Below are positions 38,978 to 52,880 of a DNA stretch of 64,000 bases, piece by piece. Positions within the stretch are counted from its first letter, which is position 1. Each line of letters starts with the position of its first letter. The position numbers and the translations under genes were made by a program. Below the pieces are notes generated by a model. It was not told where the DNA came from, searched no databases, and was given only the letters and a program-made list of their open reading frames with translations. The DNA comes from Podarcis liolepis (lineage: Eukaryota), in the NCBI GenBank assembly GCA_965112155.1, contig OZ218108.1; one strand, given 5' to 3'.

Positions 38978-40904
38978 CTGCTGTGACTTTAAAAGCTGCA
39001 CAACAGGCAGAAATTCAATAGGTTTGGCTTGCCCATCAATACACCTACATGTGGGAAGAGGCTACCCGACAGGGAACTCTGAAAGCCACAGATATCTTGC
39101 CATGAAAACCTAGCAACCTTAGATGTGTCCTAAAAGAGGGCAGCACAGCACTTAATGTTTAGGTTAGAGGTGGGGCTAATGTATAAACTTGATGTGCAAA
39201 TTCTGGGACTAATCTGTGGCATTATGATCAAATCATCAGCTTGCAGAGTTCATAGCTGGAGATACGATTCTTATCTAGTTCTGTATCCATGTCTCCAAAA
39301 TGAGTGTGCCTCTAGAACAAGTAAGCGATAAGGAAACATTGGACAAGAGCCAAGCTGCTGTAGTGCAGTAGATAAGAGACTGTGGGCACCACAGGCAGGC
39401 TGTGGGAGATCTGCATTTTTACAAGATAAAAGCAGCTGGGGGTGGGTCTTAGGCTGAGTCTATAGAACTGGACAAAGGAGTTTAACCCTTTCCCTTCCTA
39501 GCTTTCCCCCAATCTATGTCAGTCCCTTGACACAGAGATACATCTGTTTTCCTCTGTGGGACAAATAGCAGTTCTGTGGGGGTTTTGGTGAGGTGAAATC
39601 AGAATGATAGCAAGTGAGAAAGCAGTTAACACCCCCACATAAAGAAAGTTGCAGTTCTGATCTCATTTGTGCACCCCACAACTGCCTTTTTTTTAAAAAA
39701 GTGAACCCCACACAATATATCACACTTCATTTGCATACACAACATATTTACTCATTAGTGTGCAACAGAAAACCCCAATACAGATGGAGAGAGATGCTAT
39801 ATCAAGACGTCACCACAGGAATTCCCACAAGTGAGAATAGACTCACTGTACTACCGGGCCAGGAATTCAGAAACTTCAAAAATGCAAGAGAGTAACTAGG
39901 AAACTACCTCAGAGAGAGAACCACTTCCGTCCCTTAGGAACGTATTACTAATCTTGAAAAGTCAAATGTATTATTATGAATGTATTCTTGAAAAGTCAAG
40001 ATACTGATAAACTGAAAGAGAGTGTGACAAAGGCTCACTTTCAACAGTCATGGTGAAAGCATCTTGTGAGATATATTTGCAGACTTGTATGGCTGCTAAG
40101 TAGGACAGCAAGGCTCTCAAGACAGGCTAGAGGGGGTTCAGGGCCCAGGCCTATCCGGGGGACAGGGAGGCATACAATGGGGAAGGGACTTCCTGATTCA
40201 TTATGAAGCATGTGGAGCTCTTTATTTGTTTCTCTCTAAATTCAGGCAATGGAGAAGGCCTGTCTGATTTACTTCCAGATGAAGAACTCAAACTCTCCAT
40301 TCTGTTTCCCATTGAAGACTTTAATGCACGCAACAGATCAGTACACAGGCAAGGCAGTGATTACAAGGTTTAGCAGGTGCAAGAAAAGCATAGTTGCTTT
40401 GCTCAGAATTATTAATACATTGATCCAACATGCCTCCTGCATCTTCTTTCCAAAGTGGGGCAGGCACAGCTCTCAGTTCAGCAAGCAGCTGGAGCCCAGG
40501 GACTGGGCATTCCTTCAAGTGAGTTGGGCCTGTGGAGTTGGTTCACACTGGTGTTTCTGTGTCAATGAACACAGGAGTGGAATCGGCGCGGATTTAGTCT
40601 CACTCCACTAGGCTCCCCAGAAGAGAGGCTCCACAACAAGTATCTAACCAGAAGGAGTCAAAATCATAGAGGTAGAACATTTCTCTGTCACTTGGTCCCG
40701 CTCCTGCATCCATCTCCTTACTCTCTGGATCACTGGCCCCCTCATCAGGTTCTGACATTTCTTGGGGGCCAGTTTCTGCCGTCCCAAGCTACTGAGTCCC
40801 TTCACAGCATCATCAAACTCCAACTTTCTGAGCTCTTCCCATTCTTCCCCATTTCCTCCACGACATCGCCTTGTGATTTTGTGACAAGCACTTAACTATC
40901 TCAT

Positions 40905-40911
40905 GTTATTA

Positions 40912-40946
<35 letters not shown>

Positions 40947-41140
40947 TATTGTCAATGTACAATCTGCATACAATGAAATTAACCAAGCCTCCCTCCCCCC
41001 CACACAAACACTCAATCTCAAGTTGAAATCAAAGTATTTTTCTGTGGTTGGATTGGGCACTTTGTCAGAAGGAAAAGCCATATTTAATGTTTATTATTAC
41101 TATTATTATTAATAATAATATTGCTATTATTAGTATTATT
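40905..41140. repeat. Two (ATT)n tracts (about 40905-40950 and 41090-41140)
   Basis: Direct reading; the second includes the palindrome TATTATTATTAATAATAATA at 41101-41120. Confidence 0.85.
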
Positions 41141-41672
41141 ACTTCATACTGTAATTGCATCCCCAGAACCATAACAGCTACAATAAAAACAGGGTGTCGT
41201 GTATTCCAATAATAACACTTCATGTATCGATGACTGGGACTGTTCTCCACAAAAACTTATGCCACAATGAAATGTAATCATATTTAAAGGTGCCATATGA
41301 CTCTGTTGGCTTTCCCCACCCCCACTACTGTGGGGTAGCTTTATTAATCTGTTGCAGTAAAAACAAGCGATCCCTTAATTCTCAGACCAAACAATGAGAA
41401 ATTGCCCTCAATCATGAAATAACGGAAGTGCTTTAATTGGTAGGGCATGTAGAATAGACAAAATCCAAATAATACTATTTGTATACCAAGATGACTGAAC
41501 AGGGAAATTAAGTTCGCTGATTCACTCTTTCCCAATATTTCAAACTGTCATTTCCGTTTGACCTATCAGAATGAGAGACAATTGCATCCTTTTTTAAACC
41601 AAAGTCTGCACCCTACAAGATGATAATAGTTATTATCAGCAGTCGTATTGCATACAGTTTTTAATATATATT

Positions 41673-42115
41673 AGCTATGGTTTTCCCGGTAGTGATATGT
41701 GGAAGTGAGGGCTGGACCATCAAGAAGGCTGATCGCCGAAGAATTGATACTTTTCAATTATGGTGCTGGAGGAGACTCTTGAGAGTCCCATGTACTGCAG
41801 GAAGATCAAACCTATCCATTCTTAAAGAAATCAGCCCTGAGTTCTCCCTGGAAGGACAGATCCTGAAGCTGAGACTCCAATACTTTGGCCACCTCATGAG
41901 AAGAGAAGACTCCCTGGAAAAGACCCTGATGTTGGGAAAGATGGAGGGCACAAGGAGAAGGGGACGACAGAGGACGAGATGGTTGGATAGTATTCTCAAA
42001 GCTACCAGCATGAGTTTGACTAAACTGCAGGAGGTAGTGGAAGACAGAAGTGCCTGGCATGCTCTGGTCCATGGGGTCATGAAGTGTCGGACACGACTAA
42101 ACAACATCACCATCA
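41673..42115 (+). mobile_element. RTE/Bov-B LINE 3' fragment
   Basis: ORF 41677-42141 reads MVFPVV..GSE.WTIKKADRRRID.F.LWCWRRLLRVP...LKLRLQYFGHLMRREDSLEKTLMLGK.EG.RRRGRQR.RWLD, the Bov-B C-terminus; degenerate (CAA/CAT)n tail. Confidence 0.93.
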
Positions 42116-42529
42116 TCACTGATTTATTAATTGTCTTCTAGATGAACGCCATAAGGTATACATGCATACATTGAACGAAATAAATTATTTCCAAATATAA
42201 ACCAGCCAAGCCAACTACTATGAGCCCAAAAAGCCCTGAGCTGATGCAACAGAAAAACAAAGAACAATTAATGTTCATGCTATGATGTAAAATTTTTCAC
42301 AAGCCCCTGGAAATGCTCATTTTTTAATAATATGTTTATCTACCTATCTTTTTTCTTACTAATTCTAACGTCTTATGATGATCTGATCTGCACTGCAGTA
42401 TGAAAGGATGTTTCGTTGTGAATCCTTTCACCTTATCTGTATTGTAGCATGAACAAAAATGTTCAAATCAAACGTGCTCTCTTATCTCTGATCCTCTTTT
42501 ATATTTATTTTTATATTTATTCTTAGAAC

Positions 42530-42590
42530 CATAGAATTGTAGAGCTGGAAGAGACCCCAAGTGTCATCTGGCCCAACCCCCTGCAATGCC
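42530..42590 (-). mobile_element. CR1-type SINE tail fragment
   Basis: CATAGAATTGTAGAGCTGGAAGAGACCCC...CCAACCCCCTGCAATGC. Confidence 0.7.
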
Positions 42591-42694
42591 CCAATGAAAT
42601 TCATCTCAGAGGCCCTCCCTACAGAGATGGACCAGTGAGAAGACTTGCTTTTACATGCTAAGAACCCAAAGCATTGCAAATATTTTCTTTCTCC

Positions 42695-42922
42695 AATAAT
42701 AATAATAATAATTTATTATTTATACACCTCCCATCTAGCTGGGCTTCCCCAGCCACTCTGGGCGGCTTCCAACAAAATATTAAAATACCGTAATGCATCA
42801 AACATTAAAAGCTTCCCTAAACAGGGCTGCCTTCAGATGTCTTCTAAAAGTCTGGTAGTTGTTGTTCTCTTTGACATCTGCTGGGAGGGCATTCAACAGG
42901 GTGGGTGCCACTACCGAGAAGG
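42695..42922 (-). mobile_element. L2-clade LINE 3' end (same family as 1570-1881)
   Basis: Reverse-complement match (CTTCCCTAAACAGGGCTGCCTTCAGATGTCTTCTAAAA) with an AAT-rich tail. Confidence 0.82.
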
Positions 42923-43180
42923 TCCAAGACAAGATCTTACTGCCTTTTATGCAATTTCATAACAAAAATTGGGAAGCATGTGGAGATCCACAGCCGTTCT
43001 GATTTGTTACCACTTCCCATGATCTTTTTTTCTTTCTTGTGTTGGCTACACAGCAAACTGCAGCACAGGACCGAGTACGTATAAAGTATAGATTTCACGC
43101 TTTAGAAGAGAAGAATTCACAGACCTTTCACTGAAGATGCTGCTAATACAACATTGTTGCAGTGCAGCAGGAACATAATA

Positions 43181-43388
43181 CAGTGGTACCTCTGGTTTAC
43201 GAACTTAATTCGTTCCGGAGGTCCGTTCTTAACCTGAAACCGTTCTTAACCTGAGGTACCACTTTAGCTAATGGGGCCCCCCGCTGCCGCCGCGCCATCA
43301 CACAATTTCTGTTCTCATCCTGAAGCAAAATTCTTAACCCGAGGTACTATTTCTGGGTTAGCAAAATCTGTTACCTGAGGTACCACTG
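43181..43388 (+). mobile_element. MITE family A, 208 bp (subterminal deletion)
   Basis: Same TIRs, TA TSD, lacks the TGTAACCTGAAGCGTA repeat block. Confidence 0.88.
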
Positions 43389-43396
43389 TAACCTGA

Positions 43397-43423
43397 TCTC
43401 TCTCTCTCTCGCTCTCGCTCTCG

Positions 43424-43454
<31 letters not shown>
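43397..43454. repeat. Compound (TC)n/(CTCTCG)n/(CA)n microsatellite
   Basis: Direct reading. Confidence 0.9.
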
Positions 43455-43455
<1 letters not shown>

Positions 43456-45169
43456 GTATATGTGATCTACGCTTTGACCACTAGGTCATACTACTGTGTT
43501 GCTGAGGGGCAAAGAGAAGAGAGAATGGACTGAAAGACCTATGACTCACAAATGCCCAGCTCACTATCCTGAGTGAGGACTCAGAAGATTTATAAAAGTC
43601 ATGTGAATTAATTTTCAGATCTGAACTAGCCTTAATCCACCTCCCTTGCAGAACATGCTGGGTGCATGCTGATGGGTCATAGAAAAGTTAATTTGCTGCT
43701 GTTGCTGTTGCTGCCGCTGCTGCTGACATTTAACAGAAGCAGAAGCTAGATAATAGTATTTGTATACAGGGATGATTAAACAGGAAAATCAAGATTGCAG
43801 TTCCACTCTTTCCCAATGTTCAGAACTGTCATTTCATTTGACTTGTCGGAATGTCAGGCAAGCACGTCCTCCTTTTAACCTATTTAAAACTGAAATGGCT
43901 TAACCTCTGTTCCTTTAGATCTGCTAATCCCACAGGGGAAATGCTACAAAGCCCAAAGCAAGCAGCACTAACAGGGAATGCTTACGTCATTTCCCTCCTG
44001 GAGGCAAGAGGATCCACTTGCAACACTGACGCCATGGGCTGAGCAACAGCAGTTAGTCATCAAGAAGTAAATGATTAAATGGAAGCCTCAGGGGTGATAG
44101 ACAGATATATAAAAAACACAGAACATATACTTTGTTAAAGTACAGTACATTGTGCCCTGAATTCTACAACAGGAGCTGAAAGTGTGTTACTAATTTCATT
44201 ACCTTTTTGTAAACAGAATTTTCCATTCTGAGTTGTTGGCTCACATTATTCTTATTTTTATTTGCAGTATTTGATAGATATTGCTTAATTAAGGGCGTGG
44301 GGAGGGAGGTGGAAAATAATATCACGATGGAAAAGCCCTTTGGGTTGCCATTTTTATACACCAGCTAAACAGATAGTAAAACTGAGCCCAAGATTTCACT
44401 GAGATTACTTGACGTAATCATGGGTTCTGTTTCTTGCACAATCTTAGGATTTCTGACTGCTAGTATAGGTCTTCCCCAAGCCCTGATTGATATAATGGGC
44501 AGGAACTGTTGACAGTTTAGGAAGGTCGCTGCCCTGATAGCTCTAATATCCTTTCCTGATCTCATCTGTCTTCAGTGATTACCCAGACTTTAAATGCCCA
44601 CTTAAAAAACCCAGGAACTGGTTCAAATTTGCAAGTGTTGTCAAGCCTACCGTAATTGGGGCTTGACGAGGGGGGGGCGGCGGAATGACTTCATCTTCTG
44701 TAAATATTCACTTGAAAAAGCGATGTTTGGCCTATGGAGAGGCCTCAAACGTTGATTTTCCAAGATGTCTCACATAAAAGGATGTGAGTATGAGAGTTAC
44801 TATAAACACATGTGTTGTTGTTGTATTTTTTTTACTAGCCCTTAGCTAGAAGATGGTAGGGTGTGTTATAGCATATTGTTAGAGATTTGGGGTAAACCCT
44901 AGAAATTAATAAATGCCAGGGATTTGATTAAAAACAAACAAACTGGTAACCACAGAACAATAATTCTATAAAGCACATTACAGGGAGGACATCAAAATCA
45001 ATTTCTTCAATTTTCACGGTAAAGAGGTGCCTCTTCAACAACTGATGAAAGCTATAAAGAGATGGTGTCAGACACACCTCTACAGAAAGGGAGTTCCATA
45101 TTTATTGAGTCACTCTCACAAGCTGCCGCTGCTACCACTGTCCACTGAGAGCGGCAGAACCACCAGCAG

Positions 45170-45450
45170 GGGCTCCTTCACTGATCTCAGTCCCTGGGCT
45201 CGCTTGTATAGAAGGAGGCACTCTTTCAGTTAGTTCAACTTAAAACTGATATGAGAGCCTTAAAGTGGGCTCGGAATCTAACAGACAACCAGTGCAACTG
45301 CTTTAAATCAGGTCTTTGATGCATTTTTGCAGCTGACCGCCGCCAACAACCTGGCTGCTACATTCTGCAAGCAGTTGGAGCTTCCAAACGGTCTTTAAGT
45401 GCAGCCTTGCACAGAGCTCATTGCAGCAGTCTTGGAGCCGGCTTGAATGA
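45170..45450 (-). mobile_element. Old L2 fragment
   Basis: Degenerate match to the L2 ORF2 region seen at 32900-33160. Confidence 0.55.
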
Positions 45451-45549
45451 ACATTGATGCAGAACTACACTACATAAGTTAGATTCCCACCCCCAGAAAT
45501 TGTTTTCCTTCTCTTTCCGAATTGCCCCTTTGTACCTATGTGCTTCACT

Positions 45550-45551
45550 TA

Positions 45552-45582
<31 letters not shown>

Positions 45583-45584
45583 AT
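45550..45584. repeat. (TAAA)n microsatellite
   Basis: Direct reading. Confidence 0.95.
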
Positions 45585-46600
45585 CCCTTTTTGTTTTCAC
45601 TTCTGTGACGGATGTTAAACTGGAGCCTAACAATCATGCCTAGATGTTCTGCAACATGATATAACATTTAGATAAAATAAGAAAGGATGCTAGGGGGGTT
45701 GGGAAGACCAGCACTGAGACTATGTGGTGGTGGGAGGGCATAAGTCTCATTATTGTCTACTCCCTTGTTCTTCCCTCAAAGTGTACCTTAGCACAGAGAA
45801 ACAGTCCACAGGGGGCTCTTGGCAGCAACCACTGAGGCTTTGTGCGAAGTAGTTGTTTTATTCAGAATTTAAAGACATTGTGTAAAAGTGGGGAGGGACA
45901 AATTCCCTCAGGTGATGCGTCAATTACAACATAAATAGGCAAACATAAAGGGAATAAAGCTGTCTGGAGAACAAAAAAATTAAAACTATTTTTTTCCCCC
46001 TTAGGGACTGACTTCCCTTGAAAATTGCATCAACATAAAACCACAGTGAGTCATGTTAAGGAACACAAGGCTGACCATAATCACGCAGTCGTGGCAAAAG
46101 GATTTTAGCTTAAAACCAACTTGAAACAACATTGGACATGACTGGTCCTATCCCTATCACCAGAGTTGCTCTTTGCTGATCTAATAAAAAGGGTTCCGCC
46201 ACCCCCACCCCACACATGCACACACACAATGATGCTTGTCAACTAGAGGTGTGTAAATAAGCCTCCTCCAAAAACCTGCTTGGAACAACAGAACTTCAAA
46301 GGTGATTATTAAAATGCTAATATGGTGGAACAGCAAGCAGTGACACAGAGAGCACTGCCAAGGAGAAAAACAAGGTACTGAAAGTTTTGTTTTCCTCATT
46401 CAGGACTGGATCTGTCACTTTTGCATTAAGAAATGAACAAAATAAAAGGACAACTCAGGAGCCCGGGCAGTGCATGTAAGGACCTATTTTGGATTCTATC
46501 CCATTTGTCTCTACCCCAGATTACTCCACCTTATAACATGCAAGAAACTGTGTGATCAACCAAAGTTAAAAAAACAACAACACAAAACCTGACTTGCATT

Positions 46601-46644
<44 letters not shown>
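46601..46644. repeat. (TTG)n microsatellite
   Basis: Direct reading. Confidence 0.95.
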
Positions 46645-46850
46645 ATAGTGCCCTTAACCTGAAGATCTAAGTGTGGTTCACAACAGAAAAATTCAAAATG
46701 AGAATACAAAATACATAATAAAACAAACGAATAAACTCTCTCCCACAATCACATTTTAAAAGCCACAAAATGTTAATGAGCCAAACTCATGGTTGAAGAG
46801 AAATGTTTTCTCCTGATGCCTAAAGATACAGAATGAAGGCACCAGGTGAG

Positions 46851-47212
46851 CAGGGGCGTCTTACCTATAGAGGCTAGTGGCGCAGGGCGCCAGGGTGCCA
46901 AGTTCTGGAGGGCACCAGGGAAGAGGCCAAGGCTGGACGCAGTGCCTCCTGGCATCACCTCGCCGCCCTTGCCCAGAGCCTCCGTCTGCCGTGGCCACCG
47001 CAGCACGAAGCATCCATCTGAGCCAGGAGGCGCCGCGGCCAGCCTCTGCCTCTTCCCCGCTGGAGGAGCCACCCTCCAGCCTCTGCCCACCTCCTCCAGC
47101 CCTGCTGGCAGCGCCATCCTCCCTAAAAAAGGTGGACAATTCAGGGAAATGGGGGGTTGGGCGCCGGAGAGAGCTTTGCACCACAGCACTGGATATGCTC
47201 AAGACAGCCCTG
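46851..47212. mobile_element. GC-rich non-autonomous hAT element, 362 bp
   Basis: CAGGGGCGTCTT / AAGACAGCCCTG termini; perfect TSD CAGGTGAG. Confidence 0.87.
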
Positions 47213-49631
47213 CAGGTGAGCCACCCTGGGAAGAGTCTATCAAAACATTAAACTTGGGCTACAGGTTGCTAAAGTGATATAGAGGCATCTTGAGCAATAT
47301 AGATTTCCAAAGACGCTCTGCTACAAATTGATTATATCACGAAGATGATGTTTGCACAGACACAACGAATGCTTTCTTTCTCTCATGACAGAAAGCTGAA
47401 GTCGAACAATAGGAAGGGAATAATTACAGGGCCTAAGCATGTATTGCAACTTCTGTTCAATACAGAGTTATGCTGAGGTGTGTCCTTGAGGTAATAGGCA
47501 CACCCATGCTGCCAATTAATACTTTTACATGTTGCCAGCTTCCATGGTTGGTGAAAGAACTTCTAGGGACAGCATCACCTAGGTTTGTTTTCTTCAGGTG
47601 AGGGTGCACTGGAGACACACCAGGTGTAACTTCATAACAAACATACTGTAACAAGCCACCCCACTCTCTGAGCAGTGTAAAATTCTGGAAGTCTTGGCAC
47701 TTACCCAGAACTACATATTAGATTCAAAGTGCTTTATATTCAGCCAGCTATCAGACTTTCTTCTCTGTTTCTGCCCTAAACTACTACGCTTGAATACAAT
47801 CTGCTATGCCTTTGTCTCAGGCCTCACCTCTGCAGGTAAATTGCCCCTTTTAGCAAACATCCATTAAGAAACATTAACATTCTTTCTATTCCAGGAAGTG
47901 AACGGCCAATTCACAGTAACCAGCAAAGTCAGTAAACTCTTATTGAAATGTTATCCCATTTTACTGTGCCGTGAGGGTAGGCATTTTTTAAAAACACAGT
48001 GAATATTTCCTTTTAAATACACAGTAACTACAGAACATTGTAAATAAAACTTCAGAGGTATCAATAAATTGGAGGAAGATTTAGCAATTGACAAAACAGC
48101 AGTTGAATACTTTGCCATTGTCACCGTGTGACTTTGAAACTGAAAAACACAGATGCGAGGAGAAAGCAATCGGCTGTGTCAGAATAATAGCTCTCATACT
48201 TTTAACAGGTAGCTTATTACCTGGAACGTTTCCTGTTGTTGTTCTTTTCAGACAATGAAGAAAGCTAAAAGCAAATTATTAAACCATAGATCTTGAAAAG
48301 AGGTCACTTGGCTCATTGCTGTTTAATGCCCCTTTGGCATTCCTGAGCACAGAGCTGTAGACTTTGCCACCTATTTAAAATGAAAAACAGTTGCTATGGG
48401 GGTTTTCCTCTCATTTTTTAATGTATAAAAGTCAGTCGTACAAAGTGGTCACATTGCCTTTCTGACGCATGTATCCTTATATCATATAGATACTGTGTGG
48501 ACATCAGATGGCCTAGTTTAAGCAGCAGTCTATAACTACTGTCCACCAACACAGGAAGAATGAGGGAAGAATGCATTTTTCTTTCATTTTTCTTGAGCGG
48601 CAGATGCTGAGAAGAGCTATCTTCCTTCTGTGTGGGGACCCTGGTCTAAGTAGCTTCAGGATTTTGAGGGGTTCACTGGCATGAAACCCCTGAACCTGGT
48701 AGAGATAGGACATGAACCCTGAGAATTCTCTTAAATTGTATCTGATCTTCTAGAATGTTCTGTGCAAAGTGGAAATAGCAGCACTATTAGGGTAGTGGAA
48801 ATTCTGATATTATTGTGACAAGTCCAGTCCAGCATTTGTCACCCTCTGGAGCTGGTCCTGGAGCTAAGTCTAATGTGTTGAGTGTTTTGGTTTACATTTT
48901 GTATGCAAAACAACTTATTTCATTTCTCACATACAAGTTTTTAACAGGCTACTTTTCCTCTCAGGAACTATCAGCTATTCAATGTGGGTGAAAATCAGCA
49001 CCATCTGTTTAATTCTGAACATGCAAGTGCCAACTTGCATCTCTCGTTCAAGAAGATTCGTCCAGTCAACTACAGTAGAACAGGGGTTGAGGGATCAAAA
49101 TAAATACATAAGCAGCCTTTAACACATTAATCCAAATGTCTCCACCAACGTCAGGAGGCGCTTCCTCATGTAGCAGTGTGGCTGCCAAGCACTTATGTAA
49201 ATACAGTTTTTTAAATTAAATTCAATGATATAATAGCAAGAAACAATTAAGAGTGTGAATAATGAATGTTTGTTTAATCATTTCAACCTGTGCTTAGTGT
49301 ATAATTCAATATTAATAGCATTAAAATGCAAGCTATATACAAAGTATTCCAGAGTAAACTAGATAGCCAGGGAGACAATCAGGACTAAAGAATGGGGCCA
49401 ATAATATACTCACACTCATTTTTATTTTAAAATATATAAACTGAATATCTAAAGAAGTCCCCAAGGCTAAAAACATTAACAATAAAAATAAGAAACATTA
49501 TAAAATCAATAAACTAGAAACACACAAACATGTTTTTAAAAAAGAAATGGATAAAATATTTCACTCTCCTCAAGAGATCCAAAACACTAGTAGAGCAATG
49601 CTATAACAGAGAAACCATTGTTTCCTTAGCC

Positions 49632-49796
49632 CAGGGGTGCCAGCTTGAATAAAATATTGGGGGGGCAGGTAAGCCCCACCCTGCATAATCAATCACATGA
49701 TGGTAATGCCCATCAAATTGGGGGGGGGCTAGAGCCCCTCAAATATTTTATTGGGGGGCCCAAAGACCTCTCAGCCTCTAGGAGTTGGCTCCTATG
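49632..49796. mobile_element. Shorter relative of the 54581-54956 hAT family
   Basis: Shared AAAATATTGGGGGGG and GGAGT(T/C)GGC(T/C)CCTATG ends; TSD unclear. Confidence 0.65.
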
Positions 49797-51713
49797 GCCC
49801 TGGTGAAATTGTGCCACCAGATCAGAAGGTAGAGGAAGCAGCTTTCCTCCTCGTTCCTATTTTTTTAAAACTTATTTAATCCTTTCTTTAAACAAAAAAC
49901 ACCCTCCCATTGGTTTCAATAGGAGGAAAATGAACAATGCAAGAGAGAGGGGCATTTTTAATTGGGAAAATGGTGCAAAACAGAAAGTCTTCAAAATAAT
50001 CCTTCTCTAGCATCATGGTCTTATAGCTGCTACTAACTTTAAAACAAACAAAAACCCAAAGGACATCCTGCATGTCATCTCCTGCATCCTTAAGGAAGTG
50101 GCTTGGCGGGCCTTCTTGGGGAGAAAGTATTCTTAATGGTAGAGGTGCTCCTGGGAAGTCCCTGCTCAAAGTCATGCTCTCACATCCTGCCTAAAACGGA
50201 CCTAGTTTATGACCAGTGCGGGGCCAGGATGAATAAGTGTGATGTCTTTATGAAGTGCTTATTGCTGATAAGTGTTGCAGAGCATCATGAAGAGATGGCA
50301 TCTAACCCAGAACTCACTGTCTGTTCTTTCCGTATTTCATAACCAAAATATATATTAGGAATCAATTTGTATGCTTCAAGCACACATGTGGAAGGAACTT
50401 GGTTACAGCAATGGGTAAATGGAAAACTGTCAGAACTGTGCAAGGACTCACAAATTTCTTAAGTTAAACCGCAGAGAATCCTGTGATTCTCCTGTTTGAG
50501 ACGTGCACTTAGACTTGAGTCTTGATTAGTCTTGTGTATTTCTCAATATTAGATGGGCAGTTCTGAGTACTGCCAAAGAGGTCATGCCACTAAGTGAGTA
50601 AGTCTATTAGGCAAGAAATATTCATAGAACTCTTTCAGGAAGAGGAGAACAGATGTTTCTTCAGAATTCCCTATGTCATAAAAAGTTTCCCACTTGTGAC
50701 GTTCTTGGCTGCTAGTTGCAGAGAGTTTTGCATTGTTGTAGATGTTTCGTATTTCTGTCCCCTAGAAGAAAATACAAAAAACTACATTTCAAGACTCTAT
50801 ATATATAACAATATTACTTAACATGATTTGAAACTATTTTCACGTATGAAAGTGTTTCTAAATGTTGTAATTGTTTTTTATATACAAAACTGTGATTGTT
50901 TTTATTGCAGATGTTTTTAATTGTGAAATTGCTTCTGGATATTTTATGGGAAGCAATTCATAAATGAAATATATATTAGAGACTACCATAAGGCTAACAT
51001 TCTGTGATGAATGGATGGGTGATGGACAGAGCCCAACAAAAAGCAGTGACGCTTCTCAGATCATTCTCACGTGACTACCCGTTTAAAAGACACAGTTTAA
51101 GCAAGAAAGAACACCCCTCCCCAAATTTTATAGCCATGTGTCCTTGTAATCCCTTAATCTGGTCCTGATTACAATGTAAACTGAAACAATGTTGTCTTCT
51201 GATCTAGTTCTAGTTCAGATAAAAACAGCAGCTGTAGAATGTGCATGTTCCTCCCATTCATGAAAGTTAACTTTGAAGTCCTGTTATTGCCTCTTATATG
51301 ATAACGCTGTTAACTATCTCACAGCCCATATTTATACAATAACAAGCCAATTTATTAAGCAAGCAAGACACACCTGTTAAGTAAATCTTCCCTGTTACAT
51401 TCCTTTGAAGGGGCATTCAGACTAAGTACACTCCTATATGCTTTACCTGATACAGATTGCACTCTTAAAGCCCCTTTAACAGAGCAGATCTTTCTGCAAC
51501 CTAGATATTATTATTTTTTTCAAATTACCCTTGAATCTAACTAGCAAAAAGGCAAACTGAATGTATGCACATTTAAATCATTTAATATGTACAGTTATTA
51601 AATAATTACAAATCCTGGCAAATATACTAGGATTTTACACACACATACAAATCTAAAACAAAAGAAGCATTGGAAATTGGTGGACTGTCAAAGTTGCCAT
51701 AATTATTATTTAC

Positions 51714-51714
<1 letters not shown>

Positions 51715-51757
<43 letters not shown>
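51715..51757. repeat. (ATT)n microsatellite
   Basis: Direct reading. Confidence 0.95.
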
Positions 51758-51758
<1 letters not shown>

Positions 51759-52694
51759 GAATTAGAATTTATATACCACCCTAACAAGGTGGATTTGCTA
51801 TATCATCTGTAAAGAATGACATGGATAAAAAATTCTGGGACCAGTGGTTAAACTCTCTGATTTCAACCTAGAAGCTTTAGGAATGTGAGCTAAAGCTAAG
51901 TGGTTTTAACAATCAATCCCTTTTAACAGGAGACTCTTGGAATTGTACTTCCCCGTGGGAAATACTGTAGGGGCCTCAGACCAACTCTCAGCACCCTTCC
52001 GAAACTGCAGCTCCCAGTATTCTTTGTTTAAAGTATATAGTGGGAATATGGCTTCAAAGAGGCTAGGCTAGCCTGATTCAGTCTGCATCCTTGCTAGAGA
52101 TTAATATCTCTAATATCCTATTGATCTTAACTGGGTTTACAAGAGCAGACGTGTATAAGTGTAAGCAGTTTTTGCTTACTGTAAGGAGGCAGACCTAAAA
52201 TTGTATTGAAAACTTCACACAAATCTTATCTTCAGCAATTGGTTGGCTAAACATATCCCAAGATTCTGAGACATCCATTATGAATTAAATACTGGTTGCT
52301 AATAACCAGCAAAACATCTAATTCCCTAAACCTATAAGATCTAGAAGGAAAAGCAAAGTTACACTGAAAGGAAAGCTAAAAGATTGGATTTAGCTGTGGA
52401 AGCAGAGACACACATCTGCAGCATGCAGGTTTTGCTTTCATATCTGGTGTCCTTGCATGGGCAAGGTTCTTATCTTAAGTAAACTTTCTGGTCGGAGCAC
52501 TTCTGACAATCCCTCCAAGTTAACACCACAAAGTTAATTAGAGTCACTCCTCAGTTGCTAAAATTCTGAACAAGGATTACTTAGCTATTGGATTTGCTAG
52601 CAGTCAATTACTTTGCAAGAATCAGGTGAGATACCTTAAGGATTTTACATTGTCCAAGGCAGGCTATGCAATTAATTGCATAAATACCCTACAC

Positions 52695-52880
52695 CATCGG
52701 TTTCAAATTAATGGTCTGTGGATCCCAGAGCATCTGCATAGCCCACCCAGGGGGTCCGTGACACCATTCGCATTTAAAAAAACCTACCATAGAGATATCA
52801 AAATTTTCTAAAGTAGGGGTCCATGGCTTGGCTTTTGAAAAGCAGGGGGTCTGCAGTACTTAGCTAACTGGGAACCACTG
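52695..52880. mobile_element. hAT-Charlie-type MITE, 186 bp
   Basis: Ends GGGAACCACTG; flanks CCCTACAC/TCCTACAT; homologous to 1-151. Confidence 0.78.
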
